The notes beneath the pieces are model-generated. The model saw only the letters and a list, made by a program, of their open reading frames with translations, ran no database searches and was not told the origin of the DNA. This document shows positions 10,208 through 18,853 of a stretch of 64,000 bases of DNA, piece by piece. The stretch is from contig CBDCNM010000002.1 in NCBI GenBank assembly GCA_965219385.1, forward strand, positions 2,040,936 through 2,104,935. The letters are read 5' to 3'. A program made the position numbers and the translations under genes. The DNA comes from Candidatus Latescibacterota bacterium. GTDB taxonomy: Bacteria > Latescibacterota > UBA2968 > UBA8231. Positions within the stretch are counted from its first letter, which is position 1. The number at the start of each line of letters is the position of its first letter.

Positions 10208-10831
10208 ATGAGATACCTGCCTGCACTACTGGCGCTTGCCCTGCTCGCCTGCGGCAAGGAGCCGGATGAGGTGGACACCGACGCCCTGGTACCCGTGAAG
10301 ATAGTCGGCACCCACGACTACGGCGCCGGAGGCTTCGGGGTCTTTCTCCAGGGCCCCAAAACCAAAGTAGTGCCCATCATAATCGGCCTCTTCGAAGCGC
10401 AAGCCCTGCTGCGGGCCCTAGAAAAAAAGGATTTTCCCAGGCCTGTATCCTACGATCTCTTGCTGGCTGTCCTGGAACGCAGCGGCGGAGAAGTGCGCCG
10501 GCTGGTAATCCACAGCCTCGTGGAAAACGTCTTCCACGCCTACCTGGTCATAGAGGCCAAGGGCGAATCTTTTTCACTGGACTGTCGTCCCAGCGATGGC
10601 ATGGTTCTGGTGACGCGCCTGGGCGCGCCGATCTACATGACCCGGGAGTTGATCAAACAGACGAAAACCAATCTGAAAGGGGTGAAGAAGGTGCGCTTTG
10701 AACTTGGCGATCACTGCAACAATACCAGTTTGCGGGTCTCTATCCGGTGCCCGGAGCGCAGCCGGTACAGGTACACCCCCGAAGCGAGGGCGCGCCCGCG
10801 CTCATCCCGCCCGTCCCAGTGCAGCGCCTAG
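10208..10831 (+). CDS. Bifunctional nuclease (DUF151/BFN) family protein with lipoprotein signal
   Basis: MRYLPALLALALLAC lipobox. PIIIGLFEAQAL, RPVSYDLL, DCRPSDG. The last ~40 aa read through an antisense gene remnant. Confidence 0.82.
   Translation: MRYLPALLALALLACGKEPDEVDTDALVPVKIVGTHDYGAGGFGVFLQGPKTKVVPIIIGLFEAQALLRALEKKDFPRPVSYDLLLAVLERSGGEVRRLVIHSLVENVFHAYLVIEAKGESFSLDCRPSDGMVLVTRLGAPIYMTRELIKQTKTNLKGVKKVRFELGDHCNNTSLRVSIRCPERSRYRYTPEARARPRSSRPSQCSA
10711..10827 (-). pseudogene. 3' remnant of a FlgD-Ig/T9SS-type C-terminal-domain protein
   Basis: Minus strand reads ALHWDGRDERGRALASGVYLYRLRSGHRIETRKLVLLQ*. In-frame TAG immediately upstream and no start codon at the 5' end of the fragment. 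Confidence 0.8.
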
Positions 10832-10939
10832 CTACCCTCTTCCCGCCTTCCCTCCATCCCTTTGCGAGTAGATGAGAACTCGATCGGAGCTTATATTACT
10901 GCAATATCCGGCAGGTGCGTAGCAACGGAGCAGAAAACC

Positions 10940-12232
10940 ATGACCCCACCCACACTCTTTACCCTGGACAACGGCATGCGTTTCATCGTGGCCCAGAACC
11001 ACGCCGTGCCGGCAGCGGCCGTGGGCCTGTGGACCAATGTCGGCGCCTGCGACGAGCCGGCGGACCGGCGCGGCATCGCCCATTTCCTCGAACACATGAT
11101 GTTCCGGGGCTCCCGCAAGGTAGCCTCGGAAGAACACGCCCGCACCATCGCCCGGCTGGGGGGCGACAGCAATGCATTCACCGCGCCGGATGCCACCGTG
11201 TACCACCAGACCGTCCCCGCCGGCGCCGTCGAAGAGGTTTTTCGCCTGGAAGCGGATCGCTTCCAGCACCTCGATTTGAAGCCCGAGCACCTGGAGGTCG
11301 AGCGCAAAGTGATCCTCGAAGAACTCCACGTCCGCGAAAACCAGCCCGTAACCCGGGCGGTGATGCAGATACGGGAACAGATCAGCGGCGACCATCCCTA
11401 TGCGCTGGAGCCTCTGGGTCGCTGCACCGACCTGGAAGCCATGCAGGTGGTCGACCTCGAGGAGTTTTACCACCGTTGCTACCGGCCCGACCGGGTGGTG
11501 GGGGTCGTCTGTGGCGATGTCCGGCCCTCCCATATCCAGGAATTGGCAACCCGCCATTTCGGTCCATGGAGCGCCCCAGAGGACACCGCCCCGCGGCCGC
11601 AACCCCCGGAATACCGACCGCTCTCGGGCAGCCTGACGTGCCGGCTCCCCCTCGAAATCCCCATTGCCGCCCGGGTCTACCGCACCGGACCGCTGGCCGA
11701 GATAGACAAACCCGCCCTGGATCTCCTGGTGGCCTTGCTGTCCTCCGGGATGTCTTCCCCGATTCGCCAGGCCCTGGTGCGCCGGCGCCGGCTGTGCGTA
11801 GAAGCCGGCTGCGTCAATATGAGCGGTGCCCAGGGCGGGCTCCTGGTTTTCTTCGGAGCCTTCCTGCCCCCCGGGCGCCATGCCCCCCGCCAGGCCATCA
11901 TGAAAGAGCTGGCCGAGGGCCTGGCTGCGCACGGCCCGGATCCAGAGCAGTTCGGCCGCCACCTCAAAAGGTTCCGCAAGCATCGAGCCCAGGACGGCTA
12001 CTCGTGCCACCGGCACATGATGGGGCTGGGCAATGCCGAGTTGTTGGAAGGCAGCTTCGAAAACTACGACCGCGGACTGGAGGTGCTGTCCCAGGTCACC
12101 CCGGACCGCATCCAGGCCGTGGCTTGCACCCTGCTGGAGCCGCACAACACCCTGGAGCTGGACATCACCCCCGAGAGTACCCGCTGGTGGATGCTGCCCG
12201 CGGGGCTGTTCACCAGGATCTGGCCGCGATGA
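10940..12232 (+). CDS. M16 family zinc peptidase (active subunit)
   Basis: TLDNGM, GIAHFLEHMMFRGS (HxxEH), NAFT, ERKVILEE. Confidence 0.92.
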   Translation: MTPPTLFTLDNGMRFIVAQNHAVPAAAVGLWTNVGACDEPADRRGIAHFLEHMMFRGSRKVASEEHARTIARLGGDSNAFTAPDATVYHQTVPAGAVEEVFRLEADRFQHLDLKPEHLEVERKVILEELHVRENQPVTRAVMQIREQISGDHPYALEPLGRCTDLEAMQVVDLEEFYHRCYRPDRVVGVVCGDVRPSHIQELATRHFGPWSAPEDTAPRPQPPEYRPLSGSLTCRLPLEIPIAARVYRTGPLAEIDKPALDLLVALLSSGMSSPIRQALVRRRRLCVEAGCVNMSGAQGGLLVFFGAFLPPGRHAPRQAIMKELAEGLAAHGPDPEQFGRHLKRFRKHRAQDGYSCHRHMMGLGNAELLEGSFENYDRGLEVLSQVTPDRIQAVACTLLEPHNTLELDITPESTRWWMLPAGLFTRIWPR

Positions 12233-13569
12233 CGGCCCGGCGCCTCTACCCCGTAGAAATCGCCAGAGAATCCGACGGCGCTACCCTGATCGGTACCTCC
12301 AGGCGCGATGTGCCCCTGGTGTCGGTGACCCTAGAGTGCAACGGAGGTCATAGCTGTGACCCGCTCCACACCCCCGGCCTGGCCGATCTCACGGCCGCGC
12401 TCTTCAACGAAGGCTCTCAAAGACAGCCCCCCCTGGAATGGCACCGCCGCCTGGAAAACGATGCCATCTCCATGGCCCTCTATCCTGCCGCCCGGCGCTG
12501 GATGGCCCACCTCAACTGCCTGTCGTCCGATCTGCCCCGGGCCCTGGACCTCTTCGCCGAATGGCTGATCCGGCCGGGTTTGCCGGTGGGCGAATGGAAA
12601 CGGCTGGTCAAAGGTTTTCGCGCCGATGCGCGGGAGCAATGGGCCCAGCCCATTGGGGTCATCGATGCCCTCTCCAACGTCCAGGTCCTGGGCTACGGCC
12701 ATCCCATGGCGCACCCCCCCTTTGAAAAGGGCTTTGCCCGCGCCCGCTACGAGGATGCCTGCCGGTTGGGCCGCAGCGTCTTCCGCCAGGGCAAGGAAGT
12801 GTACGGCATGATCGGCGGGGATATCGACCTGGACCAGGGCTTTGCGCGGCTGCGCGATCTGATCGCCGGCCTGCCCCGGGGCAAATCTCCTCTAACCGAT
12901 GAGCCTCCCCCGAATCCGGCGCAAAAGCGGGTATGGATCCTGGACCACCCGCGTCTCAACCAGGTCTACTTTGCCCTGGCCCGCCCCGGCAGCCGCGCCG
13001 GCGAGCCGGACCGGCTCGCCCTGCGCCTGGCCGATTACGCCCTGGGGGGAGGCGGGTTCTCCTCCCGGCTCGTGCAACGGATACGCTCCGATATGGGCCA
13101 TACCTACAGCATCCACTCATCCCTGCCCCTGGATCAGGTTCTCGGGCCTTTCCAGATTCAATCCTTCACCCAGACCGAAAACTTGGAACCCATGCTCGAC
13201 CTGATCCAGGACGAGCTGGAGGCCGTGCGCTCCAGGGGCTTTACCCCGGAAGAGGTGGAAGAGGCCCGCAGGCACCTGCACAGGGCTCTGCCCTTGCAGC
13301 TGACCAGCCCGGATGTGGTGCTCCGCGTTGTCGCCGATGGCCTCCTCGCCGGCCTGGAGGTCGAAGACCTGGAGGCCGACTGGCACGCCCTCCGCACCAC
13401 CGCCTTCGAGCAGGTGAATCAGGCGGCGCAGCGTCTCATCGGCGACAACACCTTCCACCTGGCCCTCATCGGACCGGCTCGGGCCATTCAGTCCCGGATC
13501 GAGAATTGCGGTCCGGCCGCCGTCTTCCCTTTCCGGACCCCACCCGACCGCTGGCAGGACCGCGGATAA
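12229..13569 (+). CDS. M16 family peptidase-like partner subunit (no HxxEH)
   Basis: PGLADLTAALFNEGS, LGGGGFSSRLVQRIR...YSI. ATGA overlap with the upstream M16 gene. Confidence 0.88.
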   Translation: MTARRLYPVEIARESDGATLIGTSRRDVPLVSVTLECNGGHSCDPLHTPGLADLTAALFNEGSQRQPPLEWHRRLENDAISMALYPAARRWMAHLNCLSSDLPRALDLFAEWLIRPGLPVGEWKRLVKGFRADAREQWAQPIGVIDALSNVQVLGYGHPMAHPPFEKGFARARYEDACRLGRSVFRQGKEVYGMIGGDIDLDQGFARLRDLIAGLPRGKSPLTDEPPPNPAQKRVWILDHPRLNQVYFALARPGSRAGEPDRLALRLADYALGGGGFSSRLVQRIRSDMGHTYSIHSSLPLDQVLGPFQIQSFTQTENLEPMLDLIQDELEAVRSRGFTPEEVEEARRHLHRALPLQLTSPDVVLRVVADGLLAGLEVEDLEADWHALRTTAFEQVNQAAQRLIGDNTFHLALIGPARAIQSRIENCGPAAVFPFRTPPDRWQDRG

Positions 13570-13580
13570 ACTCCAGCTTC

Positions 13581-14357
13581 TTAGAAATTCGAACCACCGG
13601 CCAGCCCGGGTCCGACGGATTTGTCTTTAAAGCCCAGCTTGAGACACGACTCGTCGCGCCAGCGCGGACTGGTCTTTTCCTGCTGGCGGGTCCACAGGGC
13701 CAGGCCGGAGCAATTCTGGGCCAGGACCTCGAAAATCCGGTTGGCCACGATCCGGTGCCCCAGATCGTTGGCGTGCACTCCGTCGTAGTGGATCATCCAC
13801 GCCGCGCCCCCGTAGGCCTCGAGCAGATCCACGAACAGGCACTCCTCCTCGCGCGCCACCTGGGCGATGGCCTGATTGTAGGTGGCAAAGATATCCAGAT
13901 TGGCCTTGCTCCAGTCCGGGTGCCCCACGGTGAAATCGGTCATGAAATAGGGCCCCGGCAGCACGATCACCGGATGGATTTTCTGGCGCACCCGCCGGAC
14001 CAGCGACGCCATCACCTCGCAGAAAAAACCCACCGGAGTCCCCCCGCGGGCGTCGTTCAGGCCATAGGAAATCACCAGGAGGTCCGGCCGCTGGTCAATG
14101 ACGTGTTTGTTCAGGCGGGTATCCGCGGCCGGCTGGCCGCTGTGGGGGTACTCGGGCGAATCGCGGGAAATCAAATTGGCGCCGATGCCGGCGTTGAAGA
14201 CCTCCACCGGTCGGCGCTGCACATCGTCGATCAAGGCCTTCAAGCGCGGCACCCAGCAACGCTCCGGGCTGGTGCTCCAGCCCCCGGCCGTGGTGCTCTC
14301 GCCCAGCGCCACGAACTTGCGGAATTCCTTGCTGTGCCAATCTTTCTTATTGTCCAT
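13581..14357 (-). CDS. SGNH/GDSL hydrolase
   Basis: LGESTTAG, NAGIG, YGLND, DGVHAN. Confidence 0.88.
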   Translation of the reverse strand: MDNKKDWHSKEFRKFVALGESTTAGGWSTSPERCWVPRLKALIDDVQRRPVEVFNAGIGANLISRDSPEYPHSGQPAADTRLNKHVIDQRPDLLVISYGLNDARGGTPVGFFCEVMASLVRRVRQKIHPVIVLPGPYFMTDFTVGHPDWSKANLDIFATYNQAIAQVAREEECLFVDLLEAYGGAAWMIHYDGVHANDLGHRIVANRIFEVLAQNCSGLALWTRQQEKTSPRWRDESCLKLGFKDKSVGPGLAGGSNF

Positions 14358-14369
14358 ATCACCTCTTAT

Positions 14370-15032
14370 TCAAAGTTCGATGAACTCGTCTGCGAACCGG
14401 GTGTACTCCTGGGTCTTGGGTTTGTCCGCTTCTTCGGGCTTTACATAGGTTATCGAGCTTTTTCCCTGATAGGAACGCGGCAGGATCATGGCGCGGATAA
14501 AGCTGGTCAGCTCGGTCTTTGAAGCCTCGGCGTAGATCGGATCGGGGCCGCGCTCGAACCAGCACTCGTAGGGCCGTACCAGCCATTCTTCGCCCTTGGT
14601 CCGCACCTTGATCTCCCCCTGCAAAAGACAGCGGATCCCCGGCCCGGCATGGATGTGGGTATAGGCGATACCGCCCAGGGGAAAATCCACCCGATCGCAG
14701 CGCAGCAAGTATGCGCTCCGGGGATCCAGCTCGATTTCGTTGTGCATTTTCGCACTGGAGTGCAGGCCCGCACCCGCGGCCAGCCCCTCATCGGCCGCGG
14801 GTGCCTCAAGCAGTTCCCAGCGCCACAGCCGGGCCCCTTCTGGACCGGCCTTAACCGCGCGTGCTCCCGTGCCGAACCAGGCGCTGTTCGGGGTGAAACT
14901 GCGCGCGTCTCCGGGGCCTGTCATACCGCCTTTAACGACATAGATCACGCGCTTACAGGGTGGCAGAGCCGGCGAGATCTCACCTCCTTCCTCGAGGCGG
15001 TCTTCCAGCAGTCTCAACACATAGCTACTCAT
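14370..15032 (-). CDS. Cupin-like hypothetical protein
   Basis: RCDRVDFP, YTHIHAGPGIRCLLQG cupin-like motif; co-oriented in the operon. Confidence 0.7.
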   Translation of the reverse strand: MSSYVLRLLEDRLEEGGEISPALPPCKRVIYVVKGGMTGPGDARSFTPNSAWFGTGARAVKAGPEGARLWRWELLEAPAADEGLAAGAGLHSSAKMHNEIELDPRSAYLLRCDRVDFPLGGIAYTHIHAGPGIRCLLQGEIKVRTKGEEWLVRPYECWFERGPDPIYAEASKTELTSFIRAMILPRSYQGKSSITYVKPEEADKPKTQEYTRFADEFIEL

Positions 15033-15111
15033 AACCAACAATCCCTTCCAATCATATTTGATCACTGATGGCGACGCGATGCGTTGTATCCGTCGTCGAA
15101 TTCTCCTCTTA

Positions 15112-16452
15112 TTAACTCACCTGCTTAATGGCCGTGCCCATGGCCTCGACCAGCCCGTCTACGTGGCTCTCGTCCATGGGCAGCGACAAACAACACATCC
15201 CCAACCCGTGTCCCAGAAAATACCCTTGCTCCAGCAGACCAAGAAAGACCGGGTACACCGGTTCCTTGTTGATGCGGGCCGCCACCCGGTGGTTGGTGAC
15301 CTCCTCGTCGGTAAAGTAAAGACTGAAGAGCGAGCCCAGGACCACTACCCTGGCCGCGATCCGCTCGCGTTCGAACAATTCTTCGAGCCCGTTGCGCAGG
15401 CGCTCGCCCAACCCGTTCAGGTGCGCAAAGGCCTCGGGGGTCAGCTGCTCCAGGTTGGCCATGCCCGCGACCATGACCATGGGATGGGCGCTGAAGGTGC
15501 CGCTCTGGTTGAACCCGGTGCTGGCCTCGGTATTATCCAGCGCGTCCATGATATCCGCGCGCCCGCCAAAGGCCCCGGATGGGAAGCCACCGCCCACCAC
15601 TTTGCCAAAGGCCGTAAGGTCCGGATCGATGCCATAGTACTCCTGCACCCCGCCCCGCGCCACCCGGAACCCGACGATCTCGTCGAGGATGAACAGGACA
15701 TCGTTTTTGCGGGCGATCTCGCGCACGGCCTGGACGAATTCCCGCCGCTGCGTCCAGATCCCGGCCTTGGGATCGAAGATGATACAGGCCAGTTCGTCCC
15801 GGTGTTGCTCTAGCAGGCGCTCGACCGCGGCCTCGTCGTCGTAGGGCAGCATCACCACCTCCTCGGTGGCGTGCGGCGCCATGCCCCCGGCCGTGGGCAC
15901 CGGCAGCGGCGCCTCTGCGGGTCCGGCCTCGTCCAGGGGAGGCGCAACGCTGATCTCGACCGCATCGTGGCTGCCGTGGTAGCCCCCCTCGAACTTGGCG
16001 ATCTTGCCCTTGCCGCTCGAAAACCGCGCCAGACGAATGGCGTGCAGGGTGGCCTCGGTGCCGGAGTTGCAAAACCGGATCCGCTCCACCGACGCCACCC
16101 GGCGGCACATCTCCTCGCACAACTCGGCCTCGACCCCGGCGGGCGCGCCCAGAGCAATGCCCCGCTCCAGTTGCCGGCGCACCGCCTCCACCACCGCCGG
16201 ATGGTTGTGCCCCAGGATCTGGGCAGTGTGGTGGTTGGCACAGTCCACAAAGCGCCTCCCGTCCAGATCGTAAAGATAACAGCCCTCGCCGCGCTCCATG
16301 GTGAGGGGATAGGGCTTGTGGAGGTACGCCCCTTTGGCCGGACCGGCCATGAAGGGCCGGCCGCGCTCGAAGTATTCTTTGGACCGCGGGCTCGCCGCGA
16401 TATAGCTCTCCTCCAGCTCGGCGATGACCTTTTCCATTGTTTTTGTCGTCAC
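15112..16452 (-). CDS. Class-III PLP aminotransferase (GSA-aminomutase-like)
   Basis: NSGTEAT, KFEGGYHG, ILDEIVGFR, FGKVVGGG (PLP Lys), SGTFSAHP. Confidence 0.92.
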   Translation of the reverse strand: MTTKTMEKVIAELEESYIAASPRSKEYFERGRPFMAGPAKGAYLHKPYPLTMERGEGCYLYDLDGRRFVDCANHHTAQILGHNHPAVVEAVRRQLERGIALGAPAGVEAELCEEMCRRVASVERIRFCNSGTEATLHAIRLARFSSGKGKIAKFEGGYHGSHDAVEISVAPPLDEAGPAEAPLPVPTAGGMAPHATEEVVMLPYDDEAAVERLLEQHRDELACIIFDPKAGIWTQRREFVQAVREIARKNDVLFILDEIVGFRVARGGVQEYYGIDPDLTAFGKVVGGGFPSGAFGGRADIMDALDNTEASTGFNQSGTFSAHPMVMVAGMANLEQLTPEAFAHLNGLGERLRNGLEELFERERIAARVVVLGSLFSLYFTDEEVTNHRVAARINKEPVYPVFLGLLEQGYFLGHGLGMCCLSLPMDESHVDGLVEAMGTAIKQVS

Positions 16453-16480
16453 GATGCGCTTTCCTTGCTTGAAGTTTATT

Positions 16481-17728
16481 TCACAGTCCCCAGTGGTCAT
16501 TGATTTCGCGCTGATAGTTTTCCACCTTCCCATCCACGACATCGGCGATGCGCACGACCTGTCCCAGGTGGGAGGATTCGAAAAACCCCTCCGGGATGGC
16601 CTGCGCCTCTAGCCCGGCCCAGCCGTCCAGTTCCGGTGGGCGCCGCTCGCGCACGGCGCACAAAAAGTCATAACACTCCAGGGCCACCCCGTAATCCCCT
16701 TCCTCGTCGTAATAACCCGCGGTCTGAGCCCGCACCGGATCGTCCAAAACCGCCCGGGGAAACAGCTGCTCCCTTTCCTCTTCGTCCAGCGACTCCACGA
16801 ACATGGTCTTGAGCGCTTCCGCCTCGACAATCTCGCCGTTCCAGCGCTGCAACTGCGGGTCCACGGGGTAGCCCCTCTCCGAAAAGATCGAACCGCGCGA
16901 GCCGTAGTATACCAGGTGGTTGATCTGGCGTCCCACCCGACCGGCCTGGGTCCAGGTCCCGACCACGCCGCCGGCAAAGTACAGCTGGGCTATATTGGAA
17001 CTCTCGGCGCCGGCACCGGCGACCACATGGCCCTCTAATTTGCGCAGCTCAGCTTGCTCGACGCTGGCGGTGAAGGCGTAGACCGTCTCTACGGGACCAA
17101 AAAGATACAGCAGCAAGTCCGCGTGGTGCACCCCCCCGTCCAGAATCCAACCACCGGAAGTGATCTTGTCCTGACGCCAGGTGAATCTACTCGGGGGCCC
17201 TGCGGCGTCGGGGTCTTCATCTCGAATGCCGCCGCTGTTGTGCATAAAGAAAGACCGGGGAGCACCGATCAACCCTTGATCCAGGGCCCACTTCACGGTG
17301 CGCGGGCCGGTCCAGCGCCGCACTTGTTCGGCCGTGGCCAGGATGCGGCCGTTTTTTTTCGCGGTTTCGCACATCAAACGGGCCGCCTTGATGGTCAGGC
17401 CCAGGGGTTTTTCCACCATCACGTCTAGTCCGGCTTCAATACAGGTCGTGGCAATGGTGTGGTGCAGAAAGTGCGGCGAGGCCGTGTCCACGCAGTGCAA
17501 CGCTTCGTGCTCCAGCATTTCCTCAAGGTCGGAATACACCGTCACCGGAGCTTCCTGAAACCCTTCGATGCACTGTTTGAATTCGGCGGCACTGTCTACG
17601 GCCGGGTCGCACACGGCCACAATATCAAAAAAGTCCGCCCCGCGGCGCACGAGCCGGCGATAGGCATTCAGGTGCGAATGGCCCATCTGGCCACAGCCGA
17701 CAAACGCCAGGCGGATGCGCTCTACCAT
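16481..17728 (-). CDS. Gfo/Idh/MocA oxidoreductase
   Basis: VGCGQMG Rossmann motif, VEKPLG, GGWILDGGVHHAD. Confidence 0.9.
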   Translation of the reverse strand: MVERIRLAFVGCGQMGHSHLNAYRRLVRRGADFFDIVAVCDPAVDSAAEFKQCIEGFQEAPVTVYSDLEEMLEHEALHCVDTASPHFLHHTIATTCIEAGLDVMVEKPLGLTIKAARLMCETAKKNGRILATAEQVRRWTGPRTVKWALDQGLIGAPRSFFMHNSGGIRDEDPDAAGPPSRFTWRQDKITSGGWILDGGVHHADLLLYLFGPVETVYAFTASVEQAELRKLEGHVVAGAGAESSNIAQLYFAGGVVGTWTQAGRVGRQINHLVYYGSRGSIFSERGYPVDPQLQRWNGEIVEAEALKTMFVESLDEEEREQLFPRAVLDDPVRAQTAGYYDEEGDYGVALECYDFLCAVRERRPPELDGWAGLEAQAIPEGFFESSHLGQVVRIADVVDGKVENYQREINDHWGL

Positions 17729-17738
17729 TTTTTTCCTT

Positions 17739-18842
17739 TTACTCCGGCAACCACTTCTCGTAAAACCGCTGCCAGTTGCGGTACATCACATTGGCGATGT
17801 CTTCCTCTCCGTACCCGCGCCGTTCCAGCACCCCGGCCAGCTTCTGGTAATCCGCCACCGTGTCGATTTCGTACGGGGCCCCGGCCCGGCCGCCCTGACC
17901 GTCGGTATCCCCGCCGATCGCGGCCTGCTGCGAGCTGCCCGCCAACTGGCACACGTGGTCGATGTGGTCGGCCAGACTATCCAAAGTGACGGCCTCGCGC
18001 GTGAAGACCGAGATACGGAGGGGAATATCGCCTCCCCAGTCCAGGTTGCCCTCGGGATAGAGCATCCAGGTATCCATGGAAGCGCCGATCACGGCGCCGC
18101 GTTGAAGGATGCCCTGGAGCTGTTCGTCGGAAAACTGGCGCTCGCCCGGCACCAGGGCCCGGCAATTCTGGTGGCTGGCCAGCACCGGCCCCGAGAACAG
18201 CTCCAGGGCCTGCCAGAAGCCCTCGTCCGCGGTGTGGGTCAGATCCAGGATCATGCCCAGGGCATCCATTTCCTTCAGCAGGGCCGCAGCCGGCGGCAGC
18301 AAACCGCCCGGCCGGCCCGTACCGTGCGAGTAGGTGCTGACCCCGTAGTGGGAGAGGCTGACCACCCGTATTCCGTCGGCCCACCACTGGTGTACCTGCT
18401 CCGGCCACAGGACGGGATCGGCACCCTCCAGGCCCAGGACCATGCCCACTGGCTGGTCCTCGTGGGCAGAGGCTGCCTCCCAGACGCTGATGTGTTCCCC
18501 GACCTCAGCGCCTGTCTTCAAGAGGCGGGCCTGGCCCCTCTCCGCCAGAATCCGGTAGTAGGCCACCTGCGCCTGGGCCGCGGCATAGACATTGTCGCCG
18601 CTGCGGTAGCCCCACAGAGGGCTGTTTTCCCGGCGGATCCGGGAGCATACCTTGACCAGGGCCGCGGTCACCTTGCCGCGCCGCATTTCCGGCAGCGAGG
18701 CCATGGTCTCGCGGTGCGGCCAGCCTTTTATTTTCTGGCTCTCCTCCGGCGTGGCGCGCACCTCCTCGAGCGGCCGGGTCAGATCCCGGTCCAGGTCCAG
18801 GGCACCGTAGGCCATGGGATAGTCGCCGTCGAAAATCAGCAT
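17739..18842 (-). CDS. Membrane dipeptidase (M19) family protein
   Basis: LEGAD, SLSHYG, DLTH, ASHQN, IGGDTDG, NWQRF. N-terminal HxD replaced by DYP. Confidence 0.85.
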   Translation of the reverse strand: MLIFDGDYPMAYGALDLDRDLTRPLEEVRATPEESQKIKGWPHRETMASLPEMRRGKVTAALVKVCSRIRRENSPLWGYRSGDNVYAAAQAQVAYYRILAERGQARLLKTGAEVGEHISVWEAASAHEDQPVGMVLGLEGADPVLWPEQVHQWWADGIRVVSLSHYGVSTYSHGTGRPGGLLPPAAALLKEMDALGMILDLTHTADEGFWQALELFSGPVLASHQNCRALVPGERQFSDEQLQGILQRGAVIGASMDTWMLYPEGNLDWGGDIPLRISVFTREAVTLDSLADHIDHVCQLAGSSQQAAIGGDTDGQGGRAGAPYEIDTVADYQKLAGVLERRGYGEEDIANVMYRNWQRFYEKWLPE

Positions 18843-18853
18843 GATCACTCTCC

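Noticed and set aside
10915..12228. 884-aa single M16 ORF starting at 10915 (likewise the long N-termini of 1143-2915, 27171-28358, 47601-48578 and 53449-55290)
   Set aside because: The N-terminal parts are off-frame overlaps of the preceding genes. The real starts are the internal ATGs given in the features.
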